Program-made: the position numbers and the translations under genes | The notes under the pieces: model-generated | The model's database searches: none | What the model was told of the DNA's origin: nothing | The model's input: the letters and a program-made list of their open reading frames with translations, nothing else | Assembly (NCBI GenBank): GCA_903813345.2 | Contig: CAIIXF020000001.1 | Coordinates: forward strand, 24,986,001-25,050,000 | DNA: 64,000 nucleotides | Source: Owenia fusiformis | Taxonomy: Eukaryota | Direction of reading: 5' to 3' | In this document: positions 41,114 through 53,506 of the stretch, in pieces | Position numbering within the stretch: position 1 is the first letter of the stretch | How the letters are laid out: each line of letters opens with the position of its first letter

Positions 41114-42027
41114 CAGGGTGTTCAAAAAAACGCAACCCAAAGAAATTGCTATATCTTGATGAATACTAGTTCAATTATGTTCTTTTTTCAGGAAAGGAAG
41201 AAGAGACTGTGTATGTATAGCTCATTTAGTTTGTTAGATGTAAAGCATGATGCATTGGACACCTGCTCAAAAGACAGTTGTACTAGGAAAATACGAAAAA
41301 CCCAGTCACGGCTGACTGCAACCGCAAAAAAACTAAATAACTTCCTAGCCATGGTGTTTTGGCTCTTCAAATTTGGCACAAATCATTTTCATTCACTGTA
41401 TGGTAAATTTGTAAAGTGAAATTAAAATCACGTAAGGGACTTTACAGTTATGATTGAAATGCTTTCAAATCGCAGCCAAACGCTCTGGTTCCAGCAGACT
41501 TCAGAAGGCATTTTGACCATGACTGTAAAGTCCCTGAAGTGATTTTGATAAAACTCCACAAATACACCACACATTAAGTGAGGATAATTTGTGCCAAATA
41601 TGAAGTGCCAAAACACTATGGTTAGAAAGTTGTTAGGTTTTATTGCTGTGGCAGTCACCTCTGACTGCGTTTTTCGTATTTTCCTAGAACAACTGTCTTT
41701 TGGGCAGGTGTCCAATTCATCATGTTTTATAATTTACTAAGAACAGGAGCTATACATACACAATATCTTCTTTTTTTCCTGAAAAAAATGAACATAATTG
41801 AATCAGTATTTTCCAAGATATAGTGATTTTCCATTCGCGTTTTTCGTATTTTCCTAGTACAACTGCCTTTTGAGCAGCTGTACAAGACATCATGTTTTAC
41901 AACTAACTAACAACAGGAGCTATACATACACAGTCTCTTCTTTCTTTCCTGAAAATATGAACACAATTGGATAGGAATTTTTCAAGATATAGCGATTTCT
42001 TTGGGTTGCGTTTTTTTTAACACCCTG
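41114..42027. mobile_element. Tc1/mariner-like fold-back MITE with a partly duplicated right arm
   Basis: CAGGGTGTTCAAAAAAACGCAACCCAAAG ... CTTTGGGTTGCGTTTTTTTTAACACCCTG. A right-arm segment appears twice (about 41665-41830 and 41836-42000). The TA flanks are degenerate. Confidence 0.8.
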
Positions 42028-42316
42028 TGCTATCAATTCAACGTAATTGATCACTGATTAGTTGAAAAGTTGAAATTCATGTTCGCCCCAAAATATCAAA
42101 ACTTTGTTTTTTGCCTAAAATTCATGTATCAACACACCGCAGTATGTAATAAAACGTCAGAAATCTGATACATCAGTTATCGCAAAAAGACCCGTGTGCA
42201 CTGTAATATTTCTATTATCTACATGTAGTATAATTGTTTTGTCACTTAACGCAACAGCGTAACGTCACACTGGTGGATCCAGAAGCTAACGAGGTGGGCT
42301 AAATTTCAAATCTTAA

Positions 42317-45300
42317 GGGGACTCATCTCTAACCCTTACGACAATGGTGATACACCTGCAAATGACAGAACAGAAAATAAACATCTTCAGGCAAAGCTTG
42401 TTTGTTAACTTCACGTTTGACAAGTGTTCTATAATTAAATGTTAATGACGCTGAATGACGGTATGTGTCACTTTACGACATATTCAAACATGACCGTGCT
42501 CTATTCGAATTTCTCAACCAATCAGAATGCAGCATAGCCAATATAGAACGTTCTCTAATTCGCCATAGATGCACGACCATGCTCTATTCAATCTGCAATT
42601 TGCATTGTTTTGAGTGACGTCACATCTCAGCTGCACATCTGGGGCTCTGTCCGGGGATAGCTGTTCTTTTTTACTCCCTCCGTAACTACTGTAACTATTT
42701 AACTATGGCTGACTTCAAGTTTATACACCGTATAAAATCTAAAACGGGGAGTAAAATAGAACAGCCCAAACAAATTCTAAAATTTTCCGGCCAACTTCAG
42801 AATCTTGACAGCATGCGTATTCTTCCTTCATGCCCGTTCCACAGACACGGCTTTTACTAATTTTTATGTTTGAATCGGAATAAATAATGATAGGCCATTC
42901 AATATGGTGAAATTCAGCACTCGTTGGACAGAATGTTAGTACAAATGCACTCACCTTCGGTTCGTGCTTTGTACAACATTCTGTCCAACTCGTGCTGAAT
43001 TTCACCATATTGAATGGCCTATCATTATTTATTCCTTAAGTAACTCATAGCAACTATGAGCTCCTCACTCGAAGCAGTGTTTTATCATGACGTCATATAA
43101 CACTCTTGTTCACGAATTCTTGAAATATGGTACCATCATCTGTGACGTCAGTCACACATTGCCCCATCAACAATTAAACAAACAAATGAACTATACGTCA
43201 CTGATTTCCCAAATAATTGCATAATTTGGGTGTTTGCTTTGTTTTCTTGTATTCGTTCAAGTTTAGTTCGCTATATTCCAGCAGTATAACAAGCATGCAA
43301 ATGTTTTACAGACATGGCAAACCAGCATGTAACTTGCTTTTTTTCTTTTTTCCACTAAATGCCATTTGTATGAGCAATTCATATAAGGTTTCATCATATA
43401 TTACCTTTGAAATCAAAATGATAAGTATCCCATATATTACTGATGAATAAGAAAATCGTTTTAGCCTACGGTATAGCCACCGAGTTGTGTGCCTCTTAAT
43501 AACATCTAAAATAAAAAAGTTTCACAATCGATTTTTTACTTCAAATAATATCAAAGTTTATTGAAATAAAGAGGCGATTGAAATTCAACATGGCGTCAAG
43601 AACCATTTACAAATGTTAGTCTTATAAGGCTTTAATTTATTTACCCTCATTTGAATTTTCTTGGAATTCAAACTATTCAGATAATAAAAGGCATTGAATT
43701 TGTATCACTTTAAGCGATTATAAAATAATTCGCATGCCCAATAACACGTATAGCGAGATCATACCGTTTCGAACTAAAAAAAAAATTGTTGGTGAAAATC
43801 GATGAAATTCTTGAAAATATAAGAAAAAGCCGAAACTCCGAAAATAAATAGAAGAAAAAATCGACGGTGGAACCTTTTTATATTTTCAGATGTTATTTAG
43901 GGGTACGTGAACTATTGTTTAAAACAATAAAAACAATACGTCAATGTTCCAGTTATTCCCTAAAAATGTCAAAGTTTATGAAAATTGAAAGTCAATTAAA
44001 ATCTGATATGGCGTCAATTGTACTGTCGAATTTGGGTAAGGGGTCACAGGCCTTTACAAAGATTGGTATAATAATGCTTTATTTACCTCGAATCGAATTA
44101 TCTTGGAACTCAAACTCTTCAGATAATCAAACTGAAGTTAATCAAAGACATTTTTAGCTATTGTATAATGATTCACATGTCTTATACTCGTATGGCGAAA
44201 CTATACCGGTGAGCAATGTAAACATTTCTTGTTGGAGATAATCGATGAAATTCTTAGAAATATCAGAGAAAGCCGAAATTTTGAATCTAAATAACAGAAG
44301 AAATCGACGGTGGAACCTTTTTATATTTTCAAATGTCATTTAGGGGTACATGAACTGTTGTTTAAAACAATAAAAACAATATATCAATGTTTTATTTTTC
44401 TCCTCAAAGAATGTCAAAGTTTATGGTAATAAGGTGATTTAAGTTCGACATGGCGTACTTTTTATTGCCGAACTTGGGTGAGGGGTCACAACCCTTTACA
44501 AAGGTTGGTCTTATGATGCTTTATTTACCAGAATTTTAATTTTCTTAACATTCAAACTATTCAGATAATAAAAGGCATTGCATTATTATCATTTTAAGCG
44601 ATTGTAAAATGATTCGCATGCCCAATAACGCGTATAGCGAGATCATACCGTTTCGCACTAAAAACATTTTTTGCTGGTGGTAATCGATGAAATTCTTGAA
44701 AATATAAGAAAAAGCCGAAATTCCGAAAATGAATAACGGAAAAAATCGACGGTGGAACGTAATTAAATTTTCAAATGTTATTTAGGGGTACGTGAACTAT
44801 TTTTTTAAACAATAAAAACAATATGTCAATGTTTTAGTTTTTTCCTCAAAAAATGTCAAAGTTTATGAAAATTGAAAGCCAATTAAAATTTGATATGGCG
44901 TCAATTGTACTGCCGAATTTGGGTAAGGGGTAAGAGGCCTTTACAAAGATTGATATAATAATGCTTTATTTACCCCGAATCGAATTTTCTTGGAACTCAA
45001 ATTCTTCAGATAACCAAAGTGAAGTTAATCAAAGACATGTTAAGCGGTTGTATAATAATTCACATCTCTTATATGCGTATGGCGAAACTATACCGATGAG
45101 CAATATAAACATTTCTTGTTGGAGATAACTGATGAAATTCTTAAAGATATCAGAAAACGCCGAAATTTTGAATCTAAATAACAGAAAAAATCGACGGTGG
45201 AACCTTTTTATATTTTCAAATGTCATTTAGGGGTACGTGAACTATTGTTTGAAACAATAAAAACAATATGTCAATGTTTTAGTTTTTTCCTCAAAAAATG

Positions 45301-45755
45301 TCAAAGTTTATGAAAATTGGAATACAATTAAAATTTTATATGGCGTCAATTGCACTGCCGAACTTGGGTAAGGGGTCAAAACCCTTTATCTAAGCTGTTC
45401 TTACTATGCTTTATTAGTACCCATGAAAAATAATTGGCATCAAAAGTCTTCAGCTTATCAAATGCCGTAAATTAAAAACAATCTTGTTGGCCGTGTGACG
45501 ATTTTCCTATCAATCATCGATAAATTGAGAACGTGTCGCTTTTAAAGCAAGCGTATGCTAGTGAAGCGGGTAAATTGAGGAGCTTTTTCCGTAACGTCAC
45601 ACCCATCTTTCAGACGATATAGTGAACTATTTTGAGGGCTAACATCCAATGTTTTTTACATCAATTAAAAGCATATATAATACCCTTCAGAAAAAAGAAA
45701 CATTAACAGTGCTTTCAGAGTACCCCAAAATCGGCTAGGTTAGAGATGAGTCCCC
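42317..45755. mobile_element. 3.4-kb non-autonomous TTAA-flanked element (Kolobok-like) carrying an internal tandem array of about 443 bp
   Basis: TTAA|GGGGACTCATCTCTAACC ... GGTTAGAGATGAGTCCCC|TTAA (perfect 18-bp TIR). The marker AATCGACGGTGGAAC recurs at about 43859, 44303, 44745 and 45189. Confidence 0.88.
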
Positions 45756-46219
45756 TTAAGGAATTCTATGCGTTAAAAATAAGAAACTATTGCTTCTGGG
45801 ACAAGACCAAACGACTTTTACATATTCTTTACCCTAACTATTTTGTAATTTATCAATCAACACAAGTATACATACCATATTTCAGCAGATATCTAAAAAA
45901 TCATGGATTATAAAACCGGAAGTGTTTTCTCTGAGGAAGTTGTCGTGAATACCTTTCAATCCTCAGTCTAAATATGGCTTTTCAAGATTCAATAGACGAC
46001 TTTGAATGGACCTGCATGCATAGTTCGAAAATAAAATCATCAGAGAAGGTTTTAAACCATGAAATCGACTCTAAAGACTATTTTACAATATGCCTTAACA
46101 CGCGTTTTTTTTAAATTTTGAAAATTAAAGGCCCATTGTTTGATAATTTGGCCTATTATCAAAAATATGTCCCCATTTTTCCCCATATGTCCCAATTTTT
46201 CTGGGCATATCCTGAATTT

Positions 46220-46408
46220 GGTGGAAAATTGAACTTAATTTTGGCCAAACACTAAATTTTGAAATGCCTGTATTTTTCACATTTTAGGGTAGAACCAATA
46301 TACTTGGAGTATCAACGTAACTTTGGATAAGCTCTAAAATGATATATGACAAATACTATGACGACACTGGTATATGTCTGTCTTGGGGGCATACTTTGGG
46401 GACACCCT
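46220..46408. mobile_element. Partial (right-arm) copy of the 49003-49623 MITE
   Basis: Shares TTGAACTTAATTTTG.CCAAACACTAAATTTTGAAATGCCTGTA ... GGACACCCTG|TA. Confidence 0.7.
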
Positions 46409-49002
46409 GTAGACCTGTAGACTTAATAAGCTGATATTCAGTATCTACTTACTTGAATCAATTGCCATTTCGGTGATGAAGCTTATCTGGTAACAAAACT
46501 GTTACATCTACTATAGTACATATCATTTAATCTCAATTTCGACGGAACTTATCTATTTCAGTTGTTCCTGTCATATAATCATGTTAGACTAAAGTTATAG
46601 CATCCCTTTAAATGTGATGTGACGTCATAGCCTCGTTCTGGATTCAATAAATGACTAATCAATATGAGGCCTTAAATTGTCTGCTAGTTGGCCAGAGACC
46701 AATATTCCAGCAGAATTTGAGGATAGAATCGATTTTTCATTCTGCTTAGGGCAAACAATGATTTGAAATCACTTTCAACCATTCTGTGAGTATAAGAATG
46801 GTCATAAGAGGCCCGTGGAGGGTCACGAATGAAAGAAAGCCCTCTGAAATTCCGTCAAAATTGCAGGTTATTTCTTCATTTTTTGCTAAAATTGCATGAT
46901 TTTCAGGGCCCATATCTCAGTAAAATTGCTACAATGTAGCAATTTTTCATTTTTACAGGCTAGATACACGTGTCAGGTCGACAGAAACAGTAAGCATGTA
47001 TGATTTTTAAATTGCTACATTGTAGCAATATTTATTTCAAAATACAGGTGTGAGGGAAACTGCAATTTAGTTAGATTTGGGCGAAAATGGCCAAATTTCA
47101 GTCAAAATCCTCGGGACACAGGGCCTTTGTCTTAGATTTAGTCAATGATGCAACTCTTAGTAGAGATAGTCAGGTTAGATTTGTGACGTCACAGTGGCAA
47201 AGTTAGACTAGCATATTTAGACGTATTTGGGGTAGGGCAAATTAACCCTTTCTAGCCTAAATGGATAAATTTTTCACATATTCAGCCAATTTCGACGTTT
47301 TTATGCATTTTTGAACTAAAAATGATATTTTCCGCCAAAAAAAGTTGCAGAGACAAAAATCAGTGTGATGTCATAAGACATTAAGGTATGAGGTTCCATA
47401 TCCATCCGCCAAAAGGTATGACCCCTATATAGTCCATTTAAAAACCTGTGGTATTGTTCTAAATAACGCCATAGTTGACTTCTAGGGTACCTAGTATGCC
47501 ACTATTTGGTATCAAAATGAAGAGGAGGAGTTCAACTTTCATTTGAATTACGAAAATAGCGATGTATGTCAAAAATAGTTCCGACGTGAGCATGTCTACT
47601 ACGCGTTTGCTCGTCATATCAGAATTGAGGAAGTGGTGGCAAACGCGAGTTACAATAAATGGACGCTGATATCTCAAAAAGTAACCTGACTCCCTATAAT
47701 ATGATGTAGATCAATCGAACCCCTATATGAACAGGTACATTTTGATATATAACACTATGGGGGGTAAGCGTTTTATAGTTGGTCACGAACGCCATATGTG
47801 CAAAGTATTGTTATGAATTTTCGAATTTGGTGTTGGATTACGGTACTCATACCTCAAGGAGAAACCGTTTCCGTTTATGTTCTGTTACAACTCGGTGTTT
47901 ATTGTCTCATTACAGTTCCAACTTGTGTTAAATCTCATAGTATGTTTCTAATCAGTTGAAACACTACTTGAACTTATTTAACTTAGTTCAAAATTGCCCT
48001 CTACACTTTTTAATTTTTAAACGAAGTTGCAATATCACTTTCACTGATATATCCTTCTTTCGAGATCAGCCACCAGGTTCTCAGATTCGATCCCTGAAAA
48101 CACACAAATATAGTACAATCCTTAGCCCCTTGTCACTTCAATATGTATGTGTATAAGTTATATCGTTGAAAAACTAGAAAAACAGCAACTCAACGGAGTA
48201 GCAAATCCCACTGAACAAAACACATTTTGATAAATAGCGGCCATCAGGAGATATTAAAATACGTGTACATACATCAGAGATACATCAGAATTTTCACCGA
48301 TTTAAGCATTTTGGTGACCATTTAAGAGTTTCAAAGGCACAAATAATAATGACAATATATTTTAGATCTAATAAAGTATCATATCACCATACTTTAAAGA
48401 AATATTTAAGTAACAGCGAATTCTTGCTAGGCAGCCAATTTGAATTTTCTGGGGCACAAATCAGAAAAACAATACCATAAATGTTACCTACCCCATACTC
48501 AAATGAAAGGTAATTTAGAGTAGAATGCAAATATCACTTTTCTGATTTGGGCCTCGTAAAATTCAAATTTATACTCAAATTAAAGGAAATATTATTTGTA
48601 GTAAGATAGCTAGTAAGATGACCTGGTAAATCATAAATCATAAGGCAAGCTACTTTGAAAATTCTTTTCATCTGTTTTTAATCAACACAGAACATAGCAG
48701 AAAATGTTTGGGACATCAATTTGAATGACAGCTTTTATATACAGATGGGATAGGATAAGGATGTGCCATTTGATAACAATTTGGTAATTCAATACCACAA
48801 TATAGTCGTTTTGCAACTCGATATAATGAAACAAATAGCAAACATTTTTCCTACATGTTCCTTTAAATCTGATAAAGCATGTTCACCATTTCGACTAATA
48901 TCTTCTTAAACATTGAAAAAATTATTTTTACATGATTTACACGAGTTACAAGTTTTACAAGATTTACATGATTTACAGTCTACCATTTTATACTACAATA
49001 TA

Positions 49003-49623
49003 CAGGGTGTCCCGAAAGTATGGGGCCCCCCTAGGCAGACATATTCAAGTGTCCTCATAGTATGTGTCATATATCATTTTGAAGCTTATCCAAAGTTACA
49101 TTGATTTGCCAAGTATCATGGTTTAACTCCCAAATCGGAAAAAGTTACAGTCACTTTAAAAGTCAGTGTTTTGTCAAAATAAAGTTCAATTTTACACCAC
49201 ATTACAAGTCAATGTGTCCCCCCTTGGCCATATTAACAGCAGCAATTATTTTCAGATATGACCTTAAAAGCCCTTCAAATAGGGGTGTGGAATTTTATAA
49301 CCCTCTTAAACCTGTTAAGGGACTTTAGAAGAGTTTCCTTAGAGTTTCTACCCTTTCTACCCTCAACGTTCTCTTTTTCCAACTCAATATCCCTCTGACC
49401 CGAAAAGAAATGCTGCTGTTAAGATGGCCCGGGAGGATTGAACTTAATTTTGACCAAACACTAAATTTTGAAATGCCTGTAACCTTTTCCATTTGGGAGT
49501 TAAACCATGATACTTGGCAAATCAATGTAACTTTGGATAAGCTTTAAAATGATATATGACACATACAATGGCGACACTGGTATATGTCTGCCTAGGGGGG
49601 GCCCATACTTTCGGGACACCCTG
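49003..49623. mobile_element. Tc1/mariner-type MITE with a TA TSD
   Basis: TA|CAGGGTGTCCCGAAAGTATGGG ... CCCATACTTTCGGGACACCCTG|TA, with about 190-bp arms. Confidence 0.9.
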
Positions 49624-50839
49624 TAGTTGTTTTGCAACTAAATATAATCTGAGATATAATGAAACAAACCAGCATAGATTTTCCTACATGCTCTTTTAAA
49701 TCATATAAAGCCATTTTCAATGTTTTTTGCTATTTCGACTTCATATCTTAAACATCGAAAAATGTATTTTTACAAGATTTACAAGATCTACACGTTTTCC
49801 AAGTTTTACATGATGATTTACAGTGTACCATGGCTTCTTTGACCTTTTGACTTCTTCTGAGGTAAAAAGAAAAACTATGTACTATTTAAAAGGAAATATG
49901 AACTGAAAATTATAGTTTATCAGGCTCATTTGAAAGGTATTTAAACCTCTTGATTTTCCATTTTCTCCTATTTCAGACATACAGATGTAAATGTCATGTC
50001 ATCTTTAGTTTTTCCTTTAGAAATATTGCTTGGAATCTCAAATTTCTCCTTCTGAAGTGCATATTAATAATAATATTGTATGTGAGTTTTACGTTGTTCT
50101 CTGAGGCAACCAGATCCTGGTACAGTATCTAAGCAAATGACATAGGATTTAAGCCTTGGGCTCGGTGAAATGTGGAAGGACCATTCCTTGAAGGCGTTGC
50201 ATTCCAAAGTTTACACAAGATGCATAGCATCGAATGTTAATTTTAGGACAAACGCCTGAAAGGAATGGTCATTCCACAATACATCGAGTTTGGGGCTTAA
50301 GTTCTTTTCACACATTGCAAAATATTTTCTACCTTGTCACTAAATGATACGACATTATTAAAAGAACATTATTTTCAATGAAACTTTTTGCAAATGTCAA
50401 TTGCAAGTTGACAAAGCATCAATTTCAATCTGAGTCAAGTTGTCACCTTGACAACCACATGAGGAATTACCTTTGATGCGGTGATTGGATATATAATGCA
50501 CTTCAGTTGTATGAAATACTGTCTTCGGATTGGCTGGAATCGGGCATACCTTTCCTAACTATGTGTGAATGTGCTTATTCACACGTGGCTAGGCAAGGCA
50601 TATCAGATTCAAGCAGTATTTCAAATAATGTGAATACTTGATATTACAACCAAGCACCCGGGCCATTTTTAGATTCAGTGAAATATCTTCTTTCTGGGAA
50701 AGAAGGAGGTACGGATTCAGGACAACTGCTTAGGAGGATGCAGTTGACTGAAAACTTATAAATTGTTTCAAAGGGAATAACAAGACAGTCGCTAATGCAG
50801 GTCAAATGCAAAATGTTACTGTTGACTTACCGTACTATC

Positions 50840-53373
50840 ACACCAAACGAGTTCTCACTACGTTCTCGAAAACGGGCTTCACCTGTCCGTAAGACACTTT
50901 TCTCCAAGGGGGGTGCGGTTTTTAGCTTACTAAAGAGAATATAAAATTGTCATTTTTTGCCGCGTAAATCAAATCGCGTAAGACAGAGGGGTGGGGGCAG
51001 GTCAGTTACTCCCTATATTGGTTTGGAATTAACAAATGCATGCAACTTCCAAACGTTCCAATTGTTTTGTGTGGGATGTGAGTAGTGGTCCACTCCCCCT
51101 AGAAAATTTTACAGTTTTGAGATGCTATTTGGTGCTTTCTGGCCACTTTCAAAGTGTAAGTTTGTAAGTAGTACGCCACAACCACGGGTATAAGAGTTGA
51201 GTGTATAAAAAACGAGCATTCAGGGGGGTCTGGGGGTTCTCCCCCAGGAAAATTGTGAAATTTGGTTGTGTATTTGGAGCGAATTTGCAACCATCTGGTA
51301 CGCCTGTGCGATATGAGTCAATAAGAAAAATGTGAATTTTTTTCAAATTCTTTTGGGGGTGTCAAAGAGGATGAGAGGGTGAAGTGGGGTGGGGTGCCAG
51401 TAGGGGAGCAAGGGGTTGTCCCCCAGAAACATTGACCATATCATGTCAAGGTGCTATTTGATGATGTCTGGGCACTTAAAAAATGTCTGAGACAATACAT
51501 GAAATTCAGAATATTTTCTTTTGTTTTGTGGGGGATGTGAGGGGTGGCTAACTCTCCTAGAAAATTTTACAATTTAAAGATGATATTTGGTGCTTCTGGG
51601 CACTTTTAAAGTGTATTAGTCAATAAAAACATTGAAAAACAATCACAATTTTTTTCAAATTTTGGGGGTGTCAAAGGGGGGGGAGGGGTGCCAGAGGGGG
51701 GAGGTTGGGCTGGGGTGCCAGAGGGGAAGCAAGTGTTTGTCCCCCATATCAAAATTTACAATATCAAGGTGCTATTCGATGAAGTTTGGGCACTTTGAAA
51801 TTGTCTGTGCCTAAAAGTGCCTATTTCCCAAGAAAATTTTACAATTTTAAGATGCTATTTGGTGCTTTCTGCGCACTTGCAAAGGATGAGTCAATAAAAA
51901 AATTTGAAAAATCTCAATTTTTTTTTTTGGGGGGGGGTGTTAAGGGAGGGGGGCTGCAAGAGGGGGAGGTGGAGTGGGGATGCCAGTGGGCAATAAGTGT
52001 TAGTCTTCCAGAATCATTAACTTTATCAAGGAGCTATATGATGTTGTCTGGGCAATTTAAAAGTGTCTGAGACAATACATAAAACAAATTCAGAACTTTT
52101 CCATTGTTTTGTTTGGGGTGTGAGGGGTGGCCCACTCCCCTTAGAAAATGTTACAATTTTACGACGCTATTTGGTGCTTTCTGGGCACTTTCAAAGTGTA
52201 TGAGTCAATTAAAGAATTTGAGAAAATCACATTTTTTGGGGGGGGGGCGCCAGAGGGGGGGGAGGTTATGCAAGTGCAAAATGCAAGAGGGGGAGTAAGT
52301 CCCCCAGAAACACTAACTATATCAAGGAGCTATTTGATGATATCTGGGCACTTAGAAAGTGTCTTGAGACAAAACTCTAAAATAAATTTAGAACTTTTCC
52401 ATTGTTTTGTGGGGGGGTGTGATGGGTGGCCAATACCCCTAGAAAATTTTACAATTTTAAGATGCTATTTGGTGCTTTCTGGGTACTTTCAAAGTGTATG
52501 AGTCAATGAAAAAAAATTACAAAAAAAATATTTTTCAAATTTTTTTTTTCAAATTTATTTTGGGGGATGACAAAGGGGGGTGCGGTCGCACCCATCGCAC
52601 CCCCCCCCCCCCATCTGACGGCCCTGCGCTGTGTATGAACGGACTGGACGTACTTAGAACCTTTTGGGGTCTATTTACAAACTTCGTCGAACGTACTTGA
52701 ACGGGTAGGTCCTCTAGAACTTAGAACATGCTCAAAATGCTCGCGTGGTCGTCACGTTCTATTATTAGAACGAGTGACAACGTACTAACGACGAGCTGGA
52801 CGTACTACGAACGGAACCGTCGTACTTCAATCCTACTAGGGACGTTTTTACAACGAGTTGAACTGTCTAGGGACGTATTGAGAACGAGGTAGAACTAATT
52901 GCGAACGGGTTTAAACTGATTAAGAACGTATTAAAGACTGCTTATGAACGAGTTAGCAAAAATATAGCTATCACACCAAACAAGTTGCCACTGCGTTCTT
53001 CAAAACTGGTTTGAAACTGTGTGCGAACGGAATGAACGTAGCTGCAACTTTCTAAGGTCTATTTACGAACTTCATGAACGTTCTCAGACGGGAGGGTGAT
53101 TTTAGAATTTTGAATCTATTCAAAATTCGATGGCGACCATACCGTTCTGCAATCAGATCATGATGACCTTCTAGACTAAGGGACGCGTTATACGACGTTG
53201 CACACCGGCGTGGTGCGACCTGAACGAACTGCGAATGAGACGGACGTATTGAAGACTGATTATGAACGAAGAAGCTAATTATTTTAGACATATTTCCCGA
53301 CCACAGCCAGATTGAGCCCGTTTTACGACGTTTTTGTAGGACTGGCAAGAACGGGTAAGAACTAGTTTGGTGT
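50840..53373. mobile_element. Composite repeat: TIR-bounded element or elements with a nested G-rich degenerate tandem array (about 50882-52627)
   Basis: ACACCAAACGAGTTCT ... AGAACTAGTTTGGTGT inverted termini, with a second left end near 52970. The motif AGAAAATTTTACAATTTTAAGATGCTATTTGGTGCTTTCTG recurs five times between 51100 and 52480. Confidence 0.6.
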
Positions 53374-53506
53374 TTTCTTATTACCTTTGCAAAATGTATC
53401 CTTGCAAAAATCATTATTTAAGGTCCCGTTGTAGTTAACAGGAAGAGACAAAACAGGAAGTCACAAAAAACATACTGAATTTTTGAAATTTAATTCTTAG
53501 ACATAC

